NCBI GenBank assembly: GCA_963810935.1
Contig: CAWEPK010000011.1
Span: 66,429 to 130,428, forward strand
Direction: 5' to 3'
DNA length: 64,000 bases
Source: an uncultured delta proteobacterium
GTDB lineage: Bacteria > Desulfobacterota > Syntrophorhabdia > Syntrophorhabdales > WCHB1-27
Both the position numbers and the translations under genes were made by a program. Of this stretch, positions 36,801 to 51,619 are shown in pieces; position 1 is the stretch's first letter, and every line of letters begins with the position of its first letter. The notes beneath the pieces were generated by a model. It saw nothing but the letters and a program-made list of their open reading frames with translations. It was not told the origin of the DNA and did no database searches.

Positions 36801-39800
36801 ACCGTAACGGCTCCCCTTTAAGGGCCATCTTTCACAGAAGCGCGCTCACAAAAAAGGGCGCCGGCGAGGATGCGCCGCTGCGGTCCGACCTGTTCAGCGC
36901 TTCTCAGATGGAGCAGCACGGTAGGACACTTGCGGCCCTGCACGCAGTGGGCGAGGATCGTGCCCCGGAGAGGTTGCTGGCAAGGCTTGCCGAAAACGAA
37001 GCCGTCCTTCTTGAAGTCCGCGACATAGTGGCTGAGGCCGTGAAGGCAAGCCGCAGGATTACCCCGGCCGGAGAATGGCTGCTCGACAACTTCTATCTTA
37101 TCGAAGAACAAATTCGGACGGCAAAAAGGCTGCTGCCGAAGGGATACGCCAAGGGACTGCCCCGCCTCAAAGACGGCCCGGGGAGAGGGTTCCCCCGCGT
37201 ATACGACATTGCCCTGGAGACGATCTCCCACGGCGACGGCCGGGTGGACCCGGAGGGCCTCGCAAGCTTCGTCGCCGCCTATCAGACGGTTACGACGTTG
37301 CGGTTGGGCGAGCTGTGGGCGATCCCCATCATGCTGCGCCTGGCATTGATCGAGAACCTCAGAAGGGTTGCAACGCGGATCGCCACCGACAGGATCGACC
37401 GGAACCTCGCCGATTATTGGACCGATAAAATAACTGAGACGGCAGAAACCGACCCGAAGAGCCTGATACTGACAGTCGCCGATATGGCCAGATCAAACCC
37501 GCCGATGGTCAGTTCCTTTGTTGCGGAGTTTACCCGTCGCCTCCAGGGACACGGCGCCCCACTTGCGCTCCCTCTTACCTGGTTGGAGCAGCAACTTTCC
37601 GGGTCGTACCTGACAATCGAACAGTTGGTACAATCGGAAAACCAGCAACAGGCGGCCGACCAGCTTTCCATGAGCAACAGCATCGGGAGCTTGCGCTTCC
37701 TTTCCGCCATGGACTGGCGCGAATTCGTCGAACATATGAGCGCTGTCGAACGGACCTTGCAGGAGGACCCTGCCGGGGTCTATGGCAGGATGAGTTTTGC
37801 CACCCGAGATCGCTACCGTCATGTTGTCGAGGAGACAGCAAAGAAGAGCGGAGTCGCGGAAAGCGATGTGGCCCTTGCCGCGATAGGTCTTGCCGGGGAG
37901 TATGTTGCCGGGACAAACGGCGATGACCGGGCCAGACACGTGGGTTTCTATCTCATCGACGAGGGACTGCCAAAGCTCGAAGCCCGCGTACGAGTCAGGT
38001 CGTCCGTCGCCGACATGGCTCGAAGCACGGGTCGGAGGTTTGCCCTGCCGCTCTATATGGGATCGATTCTTATCTTTGCGCTTGTCTTAGCCGCAGGCAT
38101 GGTCGCCCAGATCGGCTATCACGGCATACGCGGCCCTCTGTTGTGGATTGTCGGCGCGCTCTCGCTGTTCCCGGTAAGCTCGCTCGCCATCGCACTGGTC
38201 AACCTTTTTACTACGCGCCTTGTCACGCCCCGCCCTCTGCCGCGAATGGACTTCTCCAAGGGGATTCCTCCCGAATCGTCCACCCTGGTCGTGGTCCCCA
38301 CCATGCTGACGAGCCCTGAAAATATCGGTCATCTCGCCGATGCGCTGGAAGTCCGCTTCCAGGCAAACCGGGACGACAACCTCCGGTTCGGGCTGCTTAC
38401 CGATTTCCGGGACGCCCCCGAAAAGGAACCGGCCGGGGACGAAGCGCTCCTATCGCTGGCCCGGCAGAGCATAGAAGCGTTGAACGACAAATATAGCGGC
38501 CCGGCCGGCGACCTCTTTTTCCTGTTTCACCGCCCCCGTGAATGGAACCGGCAGGAACAGGCCTGGATGGGCTACGAGAGGAAGCGAGGGAAGCTCGCAG
38601 AGCTGAATGCGCTTCTGCGCGGAGGTGCAGGCAACGGGTTCTCCCTCGTAGTCGGCGATACCAAAAACCTGTCGAACGTCAGATACGTCATCACCCTCGA
38701 CACGGATACGGAGCTTCCCCGCGATTCGGCCCGGCAGCTCGTTGGGGCGATGGCCCATCCCCTCAATCTTCCTCTTTACGATGCGGATAAGGGGCGCATC
38801 GTGGCCGGGTACGGCATTCTTCAGCCGCGGGTGGCGGTAAGCCTGCCCGGCGCCGACCGTTCGCGCTATGCCCGCATGTGGGGGAGCGATGCCGGCATCG
38901 ATCCTTACACCCGTGTTGTTTCCGATGTCTACCAGGACCTTTTCGGCGAGGGCTCGTTCATCGGCAAGGGCATCTACGACGTTGACGCCTTCGAGCGGGT
39001 GCTTAAAGGACGCTTACCCGAGAACCTTATTCTGAGCCATGACCTCATCGAAGGATGTTACGTGCGCTCGGGACTCATCAGCGACGTGCAGTTGCTTGAG
39101 AAGTACCCGTCGCGGTACAGCGCGGACGTAAGCCGCCGCCGCCGCTGGATCCGGGGCGATTGGCAGGTCCTCAGGTGGCTCTTCCCCGGCGTTCCCGGCC
39201 TCAATGCCCGCTTCAGGAAGAACCCCCTCACCCCGCTGTCGCGCTGGAAGATATTCGACAACCTTCGCCGCAGCCTCGTGTCGCCGGCATTGACGCTTCT
39301 CGCGCTGGCCGGCTGGTGTGCGCTGCCGTCCCCCTGGTTCTGGACTGCATCGATCGTTGCTGTCGTGCTGATCCCTTCCCTGATCGGCTCCCTCATGGAG
39401 ATACTGAAGAAGCCCGACGACGCGCTCACAGGGCAACATCTCGCCGGCGCGGCCCGGTCCGCAGGCAGAAGCGTAAACCAGGCGGTGTTCGTGCTCCTCT
39501 GCCTGCCTCATGAGGCGTTCTTCGGCGTAGCCGCCATTCTGCACACCCTGTGGCAGATGCTGGTTTCGGGCAGGGGTCTTTTGGAATGGAACCCTTCAGG
39601 GGAAGCGGACCGGGCGAGCCGGACGGACCTTGCCGGGTCCTGGCTGGCCATGTGGATGGCGCCGGTCATTGCCGCTGCGACGGCGGGATACCTCCTGTAT
39701 GCACGGCCTGCCGCACTGCCCGCTGCCTTGCCGATCCTGAGCATATGGTTCATCTCTCCGGTCATCGCCTGGTGGATGAGCAAGCCCCTCCGTCCGAGGA

Positions 39801-42800
39801 GATCGCGGCTGACCGGGGAGCAGGTCATTTTCCTGAAGAAGCTTTCCCGCAAGACATGGGCTTTCTTCGAGGCTTTCGTCGGCCCTGACGACCATTGGCT
39901 GCCGCCCGACAATTACCAGGAAGAGCCGCTTTCTGCGGTTGCGCACCGGACGTCGCCTACCAATATGGGGCTTGCCCTTCTTGCAAATTTGTCGGCATGC
40001 GACTTCGGCTACATTTCCGTAGGACAGCTCATCGACCGCACGGACAAAGCTTTCCGCACGATGGCGGGCCTGGAGCAGCATCGGGGCCACTTTTACAATT
40101 GGTATGACACGCAGTCTCTGAAACCCCTGCTGCCCATGTATGTGTCGTCGGTGGACAGCGGGAATCTGGCCGCGAGCCTTCTCACCTTACGGGCGGGATT
40201 GCTCGCGCTGCCCGATGAGAAACCATTGGGAGCACGGTTCTTTGACGGTCTTTGGGACACGTTGATGGTGCTTTCGGACGCGGTGGGGAAGAGTAAGCCT
40301 GCCGCTCTCGCCCGGATGGAGAAGGACCTGGAGTCGGGGCGCACGTCATTTGCGGATTCAATGCTCGTAAATGCGAAAGAAAGCATCGAGCGCCTGGCGG
40401 CCTCTGCGGCAGAGCTGGTCCGCGATCTCCCGACTGCCCCTGACGGCGACGCCCTGTGGTGGGCCCGCGCTTTTACGGAGCAGTGCCGGGCCGCCGTCGA
40501 TGAGCTGACCATGTGGCTGCCGTCGCTTCCCGGTGCTCCCCCGACGCTGCGCGAATTGGCCTGCCTCGACAATGCGGAGCCGGGCCGCCGCGCCGGAGAA
40601 CGCATTGCCGCACTCGTTGACCTTGCCCGTCTTTCCGGGGAATTCGCCCTTCGCATGGAATGGGACTTTCTCTATGACAGGCCGCGCCACCTGCTCACCA
40701 TAGGCTACAACGTCAGCAGCGGTCGGAGTGATGAGAGTTACTATGACCTGTTGGCCTCCGAGGCGCGGCTTAGCAGCTTCGTTGCCATTGCGCTGGGGCA
40801 ACTACCCCAGGAAAGCTGGTTTGCCATGGGCCGCCTCCTCACCGTCGCCGGTGGAGAGCCGATTCTCCTCTCCTGGAGCGGCTCCATGTTCGAATACCTG
40901 ATGCCGCTCATCGTGATGCCGACGTACGAGCACACGCTTCTCGACCAGACCTGCAAAGCGGCTGTCGCAATGCAGATCGACTACGGAAAGATGCGAGGGG
41001 TGCCCTGGGGCGTTTCAGAATCGGGCTACTATATGATCGACGGCCATCTCAATTACCAGTATTCCGCCTTTGGCGTGCCCGGCCTGGGACTCAGGCGAGG
41101 GCTTGCCGGCGACCTGGTCATTGCCCCCTATGCCTCGGCACTGGCGCTTATGCTGGCGCCCGAGGAGGCAGCCAGGAACCTTGAGACCTTAGCCTCGAAC
41201 GGGATTCTCGGCAGGTATGGTTTTTATGATGCCGTCGATTACACGCCGACCCATTTGCCCCGAGGCCGCTCTAACGCCGTGGTCCGGTCCTTCATGGCCC
41301 ATCACCAGGGCATGAGCCTGCTCTCCCTTGCCTATCTGCTGCTCGACCGGCCTATGCAAAAACGATTCGAGTCGGACCCCGCGTTCCAGGCAACATTACT
41401 GTTGCTTCAGGAACGGCTGCCAAGGGCCACGGCCTTTTACTCGCACGCAGCCGATTCCGAGGCGCATTCGGCGGCACATCCTGCAGAGGAGAAGTCTGTA
41501 CGCGTCTACCCGACTCCTCACACGCCCACGCCGGAAGTACAGACTCCTGTCGAATGGCAGCTACCACGTAATGATTACCAACGCAGGCGGCGGTTACAGC
41601 CGTTGGGAAGACCTGGCGGTGACCCGCTGGCGTGAAGACTCCACCCGCGACAATTGGGGGACCTTTTGCTACGTGCGGGACGTGGCGAGCGGCGTCTACT
41701 GGTCTACGGCGTACCAGCCGGCGGGCAAGGCATCGAAGGAGTACGAGGCGATATTCTCGGAAGGGCGGGCGGAGTTCCGCCGCCGGGACGAAGGCATAGA
41801 CACCCACACGGAGATCGCGGTATCACCGGAAGACGATGCCGAGATGCGCCGGATCACCATTACCAACCGTTCGGATACGGCCCGGACAATCGACATCACG
41901 AGCTACGCCGAGGTCGTCCTCGCGTCACCCGCCGCGGACGCACTTCATCCCGCTTTCAGCAACCTCTTCGTGCAGACCGAGATCATCCGGCCGCAGAGCG
42001 CGATCATCGCAACCCGGCGGCCCCGTTCCGTCGATGAGCAGCCGCCGTGGATGTTCCATGTGATGGCGGTCCACGGTGAGGAGACGGGCGAGATGGCCTA
42101 CGAGACCGACCGCCTGCGGTTTATCGGCCGGGGGAAGACCGTTGCCGCGCCCGCTGCGATGAGCAGCCTCGCTCCGCTGTCCGGCAGCGAGGGGCCGGTG
42201 CTCGACCCCATCGTCGCCATCCGCTGCTGCATCACCCTCGCACCCTCGGCGTCGGCGTCGGTGAACGTCGTCACCGGCGTGGGCGAAACCCGTGATGAGT
42301 GCCTGCGCCTGGTCGGGAAATACCAGGACCGCCATCTTGCCGACCGCGTTTTCGAGCTGGCGTGGACCCATAGTCAGGTACTCCTGCGGCAAATCAATGC
42401 GACGGAGGCCGACGTGCAGCTCTATGCGCGGCTCGCGGCCTCGGTCCTCTACGCCAACTCAGCGCTTCGCGCAGCGCCCGGCCTCCTCTTGAAGAACCTC
42501 CGGGGCCAGTCGGGCCTCTGGGGTTATTCCATCTCCGGCGACCTTCCTATAGTGCTCCTTCGGATCGAAGACCAGGCGAACATCGAGCTGGCGCGCCAGC
42601 TTATCCAAGCACACGCGTACTGGAGGCTCAAAGGACTGGCCGTTGACCTGGTGATCTGGAACGAAGACCATGCCGGTTATCGGCAGGCGCTGCACGACCA
42701 GATCATGGGACTCATAGCCGCAGGCGCTGACGCTAACCTGCGGGACCGGCCCGGCGGCATCTTCGTCAGGTCCGCCGACCAGATAGCCGAGGAAGACCGC

Positions 42801-45371
42801 ACCCTATTCCAGGCCGTCGCACGGGCCGTCATCAGCGACAGCCGGGGAACGCTCGTGGAACAGATAGACCGCCGGGGTCCTGCCGAGCCGACAGTGCCCG
42901 CCCTGGCCCCGACCCGCACGCATCGCCCCCTCCCGGCCCCCATAGCACCCATGCCGAGGGAGGACCTGGTTTTCTTCAACGGGATAGGGGGGTTTACGCC
43001 GGACGGGCGGGAGTATGTCATTTCAACCGGCCGCGATGAGGTAACGCCGGCGCCGTGGGTAAACGTGCTGGCAAACCCCGGCTTCGGCACCATGGTATCG
43101 GAAAGCGGTTCTGCCTACACGTGGAGCGAGAACGCCCACGAGTTCCGCCTCACCCCCTGGCACAACGATCCCGTGAGTGATTCCGGAGGGGAGGCTTTTT
43201 ATCTTCGCGACGAAGAGCGCGGCCACTTCTGGTCTGCCATGCCGCTTCCCGCCAGGGGCGCCACCCCTTATGTCACGCGGCACGGGTTCGGCTACTCGGT
43301 GTTCGAACACGTCGAGCGTGGGATCATCTCGGAGGCGTGGGTCTATGTGGATATAGACCGGCCCGTTAAATTCACCGTCCTGAAGGTGCGCAACCGCTCG
43401 GGCCGGTCGCGGCGGTTGTCGGCTACAGGATACGTGGAATGGGTGCTGGGAGACGTGCGGCCCAAAACAGTCATGCACGTCGCTACGGAAATCGAGCCTC
43501 AAACGGGCGCGCTGCTCGCCCGCAATCCCTACAATACGGAATTCGGCAACCGGGTCGCGTTTTTCAACGTGGACAACACCGCCCGGACCGTGAGCGGCGA
43601 CCGGACCGAGTTCCTTGGCCGCAACGGCGACCTCAGCCACCCCGCAGCCATGGGCCGCTCACACCTGTCCGGTAGGGCCGGGGCCGCACTCGACCCATGC
43701 GGCGCGATACAAGCGGTCTTCAATCTGGACGACGGGGAAGAACGGGAGATCGTCTTCACTCTCGGCTCGGGGCAAAACGCCGATGAGGCAACCGGTCTTG
43801 CCCGTCGCTTCCGCGACCCTGTCGCGGCGCGAGAGGCACTGGATGGAGTATGGCGCTACTGGAACCGGACGCTCGGCGTGGTCCGGGTGGAGACACCGGA
43901 TCAGTCCGTCAACTTCCTTGCCAACGGCTGGCTCGTGTATCAGACGCTCGCCTGTCGCCTCTGGGGACGAAGCGGCTACTACCAGTCGGGCGGCGCTTTC
44001 GGCTTCCGCGACCAGTTACAGGACACCATGGCCCTCATCCACGCCGAGCCGCGCCTGGTGCGGGAACACCTGCTTATCTGCGCGGGCCGCCAGTTTCCCG
44101 AAGGAGACGTCCAGCATTGGTGGCACCCGCCGGCGGGCCGGGGCGTGCGCACCCACTGTTCCGATGACTTCCTCTGGCTCCCCCTCGCAACGTGCTGCTA
44201 TGTCCGGGGTACAGGCGACACGGGGGTACTCGACGAAACGGTCCACTTCATCAAGGGACGCCCGGTCAATCCTGAGGAAGACTCCTATTATGACCTTCCG
44301 GCCCGGTCGGCGGAGACGGCCAGCCTCTATGATCACTGCGTGCGGGCCATCAAACGGGGCCTTAAGGTAGGCGGGCACGGCCTCCCCCTCATCGGTTCCG
44401 GCGACTGGAACGACGGCATGAACATGGTGGGCCGCGAAGGCAAAGGCGAGAGTGTCTGGCTTGCGTTCTTCACGTGTGAAGTGCTTGGCCGGTTTTCCTC
44501 GCTCGCGCGGCTCAGGGGCGATCCGGGTTTCAGCAAGCAGTGTGACAGCGAGGCCGAAAGGCTCCGCCGCAGCATCGAGCAGGGCGGGTGGGACGGGCAA
44601 TGGTATCGCCGCGCCTACTTCGATGACGGTACGCCCCTCGGCTCGGCGGAGAACCCCGAATGCCGGATAGATTCGATAGCGCAAAGCTGGTCCGTGCTAT
44701 CGGGCGCGGGTGATGCTGCCCGTTCCCGGACGGCAATGGACGCGGTCGATAAGCACCTGGTTCGCCGAGACGACGCCCTCGTCCAGCTCCTGGACCCGCC
44801 TTTTGACAAATCCGACCTGAATCCGGGCTACATCAAAGGGTATCTCCCTGGGGTGAGGGAAAACGGCGGGCAGTATACCCATGCGGCGATCTGGGCGGCT
44901 ATGGCATTTGCTGCACTTGGCGACAGCACGCGGGCATGGCAACTTTTCGACATGATCAACCCGGTGAACCACGGGAAATCGGCGCAGAGCATAGGACGAT
45001 ATAAGGTCGAGCCATACGTCGTCGCTGCTGACGTCTATGCGGTCCCGCCGCACACGGGAAGGGGCGGATGGACGTGGTACACAGGGTCGGCCGCGTGGAT
45101 GTACCGCCTTATCGTGGAATCACTCCTTGGCCTCACGCTAAGAACGGACAAGCTCTCTTTTGCGCCCTGCCTCCCCGCCGGATGGGATGGCTTCACCGTG
45201 CACTACCGCTTTCGTGAAACCATGTACCATATAAGAGTCCGGCAAAGACGCGCAGGAGAAGCTGGGGCAACGACCGTCTCTCTGGATGGGGTCGCGCAGG
45301 AAGGGAAGGAAATACCGCTGGCTGATGACCGGGCGGAACATTTCGTGGAGGTGACGGTGGCGTCTCCGTGA
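36797..45371 (+). CDS. ndvB: Cyclic beta-1,2-glucan synthase (GT84 + GH94 domains); 1-nt insertion near 41543
   Basis: EWLLDNFY, GYERKRGKL, RWIRGDWQ, YDLLASEARL, SWSGSMFEYLMP, YQSGGAFGFRDQLQD, GDWNDGMN, RENGGQYTH. Confidence 0.92.
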
Positions 45372-45716
45372 CCGGGCGGACAGGGAAAAGCGCGCGGTGG
45401 GGGAAGCATAACCAGTACAAGGGGGCCCCTCACTCATTCATATATGAGCATCTCAGGGTGTTGTTGCTAACCAGGATAATAGGGCTTATATTGAAATAGT
45501 AGGGTAGATAGAGGCAATAGTCAGGATTTGTCTTTCTTCACCTCAGATCCTTTTTATCATCAATATCTAAAGTGTTACCCTCAAGGGATCTCCGGCTGCA
45601 GGGGTCTGAAAGGCGAAAGCAAGCCGGCGGAGGGACCGCACGAAGCGCGGGAACGGAACAAACAACCACCGCATTAATTGCGGTAATGCCCAGACAGGGA
45701 AAAGGAGCGTGTGCCA

Positions 45717-47665
<1,949 letters not shown>

Positions 47666-47694
47666 CGGCAAGTCTCAAAAGCTAGACAACAAAC

Positions 47695-47723
47695 AAAAAG
47701 GGGACCATCGGGTCCCCTTTTTT
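47695..47723. terminator. Bidirectional Rho-independent terminator
   Basis: AAAAAGGGGACC-ATCG-GGTCCCCTTTTTT between convergent genes. Confidence 0.85.
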
Positions 47724-47786
47724 CTACGGAAGCCCTCGCCCGTACTTTATCTAGCGGAGTCCCGCCCTATTACCTTCGGTGGTGCC

Positions 47787-48161
47787 TCACAGCGCGGCCC
47801 TTACGATCCGTTCCAGTTTCTTCACCGTCATGGGTTCCATGATCACATGCTCAAGTCCGGCGGTGTCTATCGTCTTCGTGGTCGGACTATCGAGGTAACC
47901 CGAGTAAAGCATCACCGGGAACCCGGGGCGTATGCGCCTGAATCGTTCGCCAAGCTCCAATCCCGTCATGTCGGGCATGTCGTGGTCAACAATGGCAAGG
48001 TCAAATTCGTCCGGCTCATCGGAGAAGGCCCTTAGCGCTTTCAGACTGCCGTTGTAACTGCTTACCATGTGGCCAAGGTCTTCGAGCATCCTGGTGGAAG
48101 CACTCACTATCGTGTCGTCGTCATCGACAAACAAGACGTGGAGCTGTCTTTTAACTTGCAT
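47787..48161 (-). CDS. Stand-alone response regulator receiver domain
   Basis: FVDDDD, VDHDMPDMTG, YSG; the conserved Lys-Pro is replaced by Glu-Pro. Confidence 0.85.
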   Translation of the reverse strand: MQVKRQLHVLFVDDDDTIVSASTRMLEDLGHMVSSYNGSLKALRAFSDEPDEFDLAIVDHDMPDMTGLELGERFRRIRPGFPVMLYSGYLDSPTTKTIDTAGLEHVIMEPMTVKKLERIVRAAL

Positions 48162-48302
48162 AATGATACTCCTCTTGCGTAGCTTAAGGCGGCAATGAAT
48201 AGGATTGACACCGGAGAAGAGACAAGGAATGATTTTTGTCTCCATCTATCGCAGCACTTCTCAATACTAATATATGACTTCTCTCTCTTCTTTGCCGGAT
48301 AA

Positions 48303-50237
48303 TTAGCTGCTTTTTACTTCCGTCCCCGTTGCCGCCTTCGACCCGGCCAGCATCTCCCGGAGCTCCTGCCCCTGCACGATCTCTTTCTCGGAGAGAAGGC
48401 GAGCGAGGTCATTGAGGACCGGCCGGCGCTCGGATAGGATGTTCCGCACCCTTTGGTGGGCCATCTCCATAACGGTTGAGATCTCCTCATCGATCTGGGT
48501 CGCCTTCGTTTCACTGTATGTTTTGTTCGGTGAATAGCCCTCCGGCGGAAACATGGGCTGACGGGACGATTCGTAGGTGACAAGCCCCAGGCGGTCGCTC
48601 ATGCCGTATTCGGCGACCATGGACCGGGCGATGTCGGTCGCCCGCTGCAGGTCATTCTGGGCTCCCGTGGAGACGTCGCCGAACACCAGCTCCTCGGCGA
48701 CCCTGCCGCCAAGGAGCACGGCGAGGCGGTCGAGCAGCTCCGGACGCGTGAGCAGGTAGCGGTCCTCCGTCGGCTGCTGCTGGGTATATCCGAGGGCCGC
48801 GATCCCACGCGGGATTATGGATATCTTATGCACCCGGTCGGCGTGTTCCACGGATTCGGCCACAATCGCGTGTCCCGACTCATGGAAGGCGACAATCTCC
48901 TTCTCCTGCGCGTTCATGACCCTATTTTTCTTCTCCAGTCCTCCGATCACCCGGTCGATCGCCTCATCGAATTCCGGCGACCCTACGGTCTCCTTATTTT
49001 TCCGGGCAGCGAGAAGGGCGGCCTCGTTCACGAGGTTCGCGAGGTCGGACCCGACGAAGCCGGGCGTGAGGCTTGCGATCTTGCGGAGATCGACATCGGG
49101 GCCCATAAGCACGTTTTTCGAATGTATCTTCAATATGGCTTCCCGTCCGTTTATGTCCGGACGGTCGACCAGGACCTGGCGGTCGAACCTCCCCGGGCGC
49201 AAAAGCGCGGGGTCCAGGATCTCCGGCCGGTTCGTGGCAGCCATGATTATGACGCCTTTGTTCGATTCAAAGCCATCCATTTCCACCAGAAGCTGGTTGA
49301 GTGTCTGCTCGCGCTCGTCGTTGCCCCCGAAGACGTTCATCCCCCTGGCCTTCCCCAACGCGTCCAACTCGTCGATGAAGATGATGCAGGGCGCCTGGCC
49401 GGCCGCCTGGGAGAAGAGGTCGCGCACGCGGGATGCGCCCACGCCCACAAACATCTCCACAAATTCGGACCCGCTGATGCTGAAAAAAGGGACTTTTGCC
49501 TCCCCTGCCACGGCTTTCGCAAGGAGGGTCTTACCCGTCCCGGGTGGTCCCACCAGGAGCACCCCTTTGGGTATCCTCCCGCCCAGCTTTTGAAATTTGT
49601 CCGGGGTCTTCAGGAACTCCACGACTTCCAAAAGCTCTTCCTTGGCTTCATCAATCCCCGCAACGTCGGCGAAGGTGACCTTCGTCTCGCTCTCCGCGAA
49701 GAGCTTGGCCTTGCTCTTGCCAAAAGACATGACCCCCTGCCCCGGCCCCATTTTTTTCATGGCAAATCGCCAGATGAGGAACATAACGCCCAGCGGGAGG
49801 ATCCAGACCAGCATACTTCCGAGGAGTTTATTATCGTAGTGTCCTGAATAATCCACCTTGCGGTCATCAAGCTCCTTGACGAGACCGGGGTCATCGACCC
49901 GAACCGTGGTGAACTGCTTTTCCGGCGCGTTATCCTTCCCTTTAAGCGTTCCGGTAATACTCTCGGGACCTAAGGTCAGTTTACTTACCGAGCCCGCTGC
50001 CACGTCCTGCTTAAACTGGCTGTAGGAGATAGTCTCGACCTTTGAAGAAAAGAAGTATTGCTGCAGGTACATAACAAGAAGGATGGCCAGCAGGAAATAC
50101 CAAATGCTGAAACGGGTCTTAGGGGGCAGACCGTCCTTTCTTTTCGGTCCGGCCTGTCCGCCGAACGACGAGCGAAGCCTGTCTACAAAATCACCCCGGG
50201 ACTGCTTTTTACGAGACTGCTTGTTCTTGGATGGCAC
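48303..50237 (-). CDS. ftsH: ATP-dependent zinc metalloprotease FtsH
   Basis: Two TM segments, [19 protein letters not shown]...RPGRFDR, HESGH. Confidence 0.96.
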   Translation of the reverse strand: MPSKNKQSRKKQSRGDFVDRLRSSFGGQAGPKRKDGLPPKTRFSIWYFLLAILLVMYLQQYFFSSKVETISYSQFKQDVAAGSVSKLTLGPESITGTLKGKDNAPEKQFTTVRVDDPGLVKELDDRKVDYSGHYDNKLLGSMLVWILPLGVMFLIWRFAMKKMGPGQGVMSFGKSKAKLFAESETKVTFADVAGIDEAKEELLEVVEFLKTPDKFQKLGGRIPKGVLLVGPPGTGKTLLAKAVAGEAKVPFFSISGSEFVEMFVGVGASRVRDLFSQAAGQAPCIIFIDELDALGKARGMNVFGGNDEREQTLNQLLVEMDGFESNKGVIIMAATNRPEILDPALLRPGRFDRQVLVDRPDINGREAILKIHSKNVLMGPDVDLRKIASLTPGFVGSDLANLVNEAALLAARKNKETVGSPEFDEAIDRVIGGLEKKNRVMNAQEKEIVAFHESGHAIVAESVEHADRVHKISIIPRGIAALGYTQQQPTEDRYLLTRPELLDRLAVLLGGRVAEELVFGDVSTGAQNDLQRATDIARSMVAEYGMSDRLGLVTYESSRQPMFPPEGYSPNKTYSETKATQIDEEISTVMEMAHQRVRNILSERRPVLNDLARLLSEKEIVQGQELREMLAGSKAATGTEVKSS

Positions 50238-50593
50238 GGTGTCCTCCCTTATGGGCCCGTGAAAGGGTTTTTACGGACGATTGTTCCCGATTTCCGAAAC
50301 CGGAAAGCCGACATCCCCTTCATTATACTATCATATATGACGGCTGACTTCCCGTCTCATGCTGTCGAGCGGCGGTCAAACGCCTCCGCTATCTTCGGCA
50401 ATAGTCAAAGTCATCAAGAGATTCAAATCTTCGGAGAGGCGACCAAGGAATCTGCCGGGCCGGCGCTGCTCTTCCGTTAGGGAAAAAGAAGAATCGCAAT
50501 ATGCCTGAACGGGAGCCGACAAGGCGGCTTCAGCGATACTAAAATAATAGTGGATTTACGTCGAAGCGGTTCAAAATAACTGGAGGGGAAATC

Positions 50594-51442
50594 ATGGTTA
50601 ATCGCAACGCAGGGAAAATGCTTTTGGTAATAATGACTGTTTTGCTTTGTCAATGGCTCTTCGCCGGCATGCTGGCGGCCGAGGAACCGGCCAAGATGGT
50701 CCAGGGCGGGGTCACTTTGACCGTGGCCGAATCCAAGAGGTTGATTGCCAAGGCCGTGGCGCAGATGCCGATCGTCAAGAACGCCCTTGAAAACGGCATG
50801 GTGATCATAACCAAGGGGACAACCAATGCCTACGTGGCAGAGGAGATCACCGGGCATAAAATGACATTTACCGAGTTTGCAGGAGGAAGAATTACCGGGC
50901 AAGGCCCTCAAGCACTGCCTAAGGGAAAATCTGCTCCCCACATGGTTTTGGAAAAAGGCAAAGCAGTCGATATTTCGCTTCCCGATGCCGTGAAAAAGCT
51001 GAAAGCGGGCGACGTTGTGCTGAAGGGGGCAAATGCCCTGGACTACAAGAATAAGTTGGCGGCGGTCGATATTATGGGGTCGAACGGGGGAACGACGGGG
51101 ATCGCCATGCCTTACATAGTGGGACGCAAGGCTTATCTCGTCATTCCGGTCGGCCTCGAGAAGCTGGTCGCAGGGGATATAGTGGATCTTACCGTAAAGA
51201 TGCGTGAGCCGATGGAGTCCCTGGACACGGTTCCCTCGATGTGGCTCCTCACGGGCGAGATAGTAACGGAGCTGGAGGCCATCAAAATGCTGACGGGAGC
51301 AACCGCCTTTCAGTCCAGTGCGGGAGGTGTCAACGGTGCCGAGGGAGGGGTATGGCTCGTTATCAGAGGGACCAAAGGGCAGGTCTCGAACGCCTTAAAG
51401 CTGATTCGGTCAATCAAGGGTGAGCCTCCGTATACGGAGTAA
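50594..51442 (+). CDS. Secreted conserved hypothetical protein
   Basis: Signal peptide, GGAGG RBS, LTVAESKRLIAKA...KGTTNAY...KGANALD. Confidence 0.75.
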   Translation: MVNRNAGKMLLVIMTVLLCQWLFAGMLAAEEPAKMVQGGVTLTVAESKRLIAKAVAQMPIVKNALENGMVIITKGTTNAYVAEEITGHKMTFTEFAGGRITGQGPQALPKGKSAPHMVLEKGKAVDISLPDAVKKLKAGDVVLKGANALDYKNKLAAVDIMGSNGGTTGIAMPYIVGRKAYLVIPVGLEKLVAGDIVDLTVKMREPMESLDTVPSMWLLTGEIVTELEAIKMLTGATAFQSSAGGVNGAEGGVWLVIRGTKGQVSNALKLIRSIKGEPPYTE

Positions 51443-51619
51443 ACCTCTGGCCCGGTAGAGGTAGCGTAGGTGTACTTTCTGAAAGACAGCGGCTGAACGA
51501 TTCTCTTGCAATGCTTCTTTTGTGATGATAATGATTAATACATAAGGGCCGAAACGGAACTGTGGATTCTCATCTTACAGTTCTCGCGCACGGTGGGATG
51601 AGCAAGGAGAGTAAGAGCC

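Noticed and set aside
36797..45371. Two separate genes (1612 aa + 1347 aa)
   Set aside because: Removing one base near 41543 joins PEVQ to LLSNG and gives the standard single ~2850 aa cyclic beta-1,2-glucan synthase
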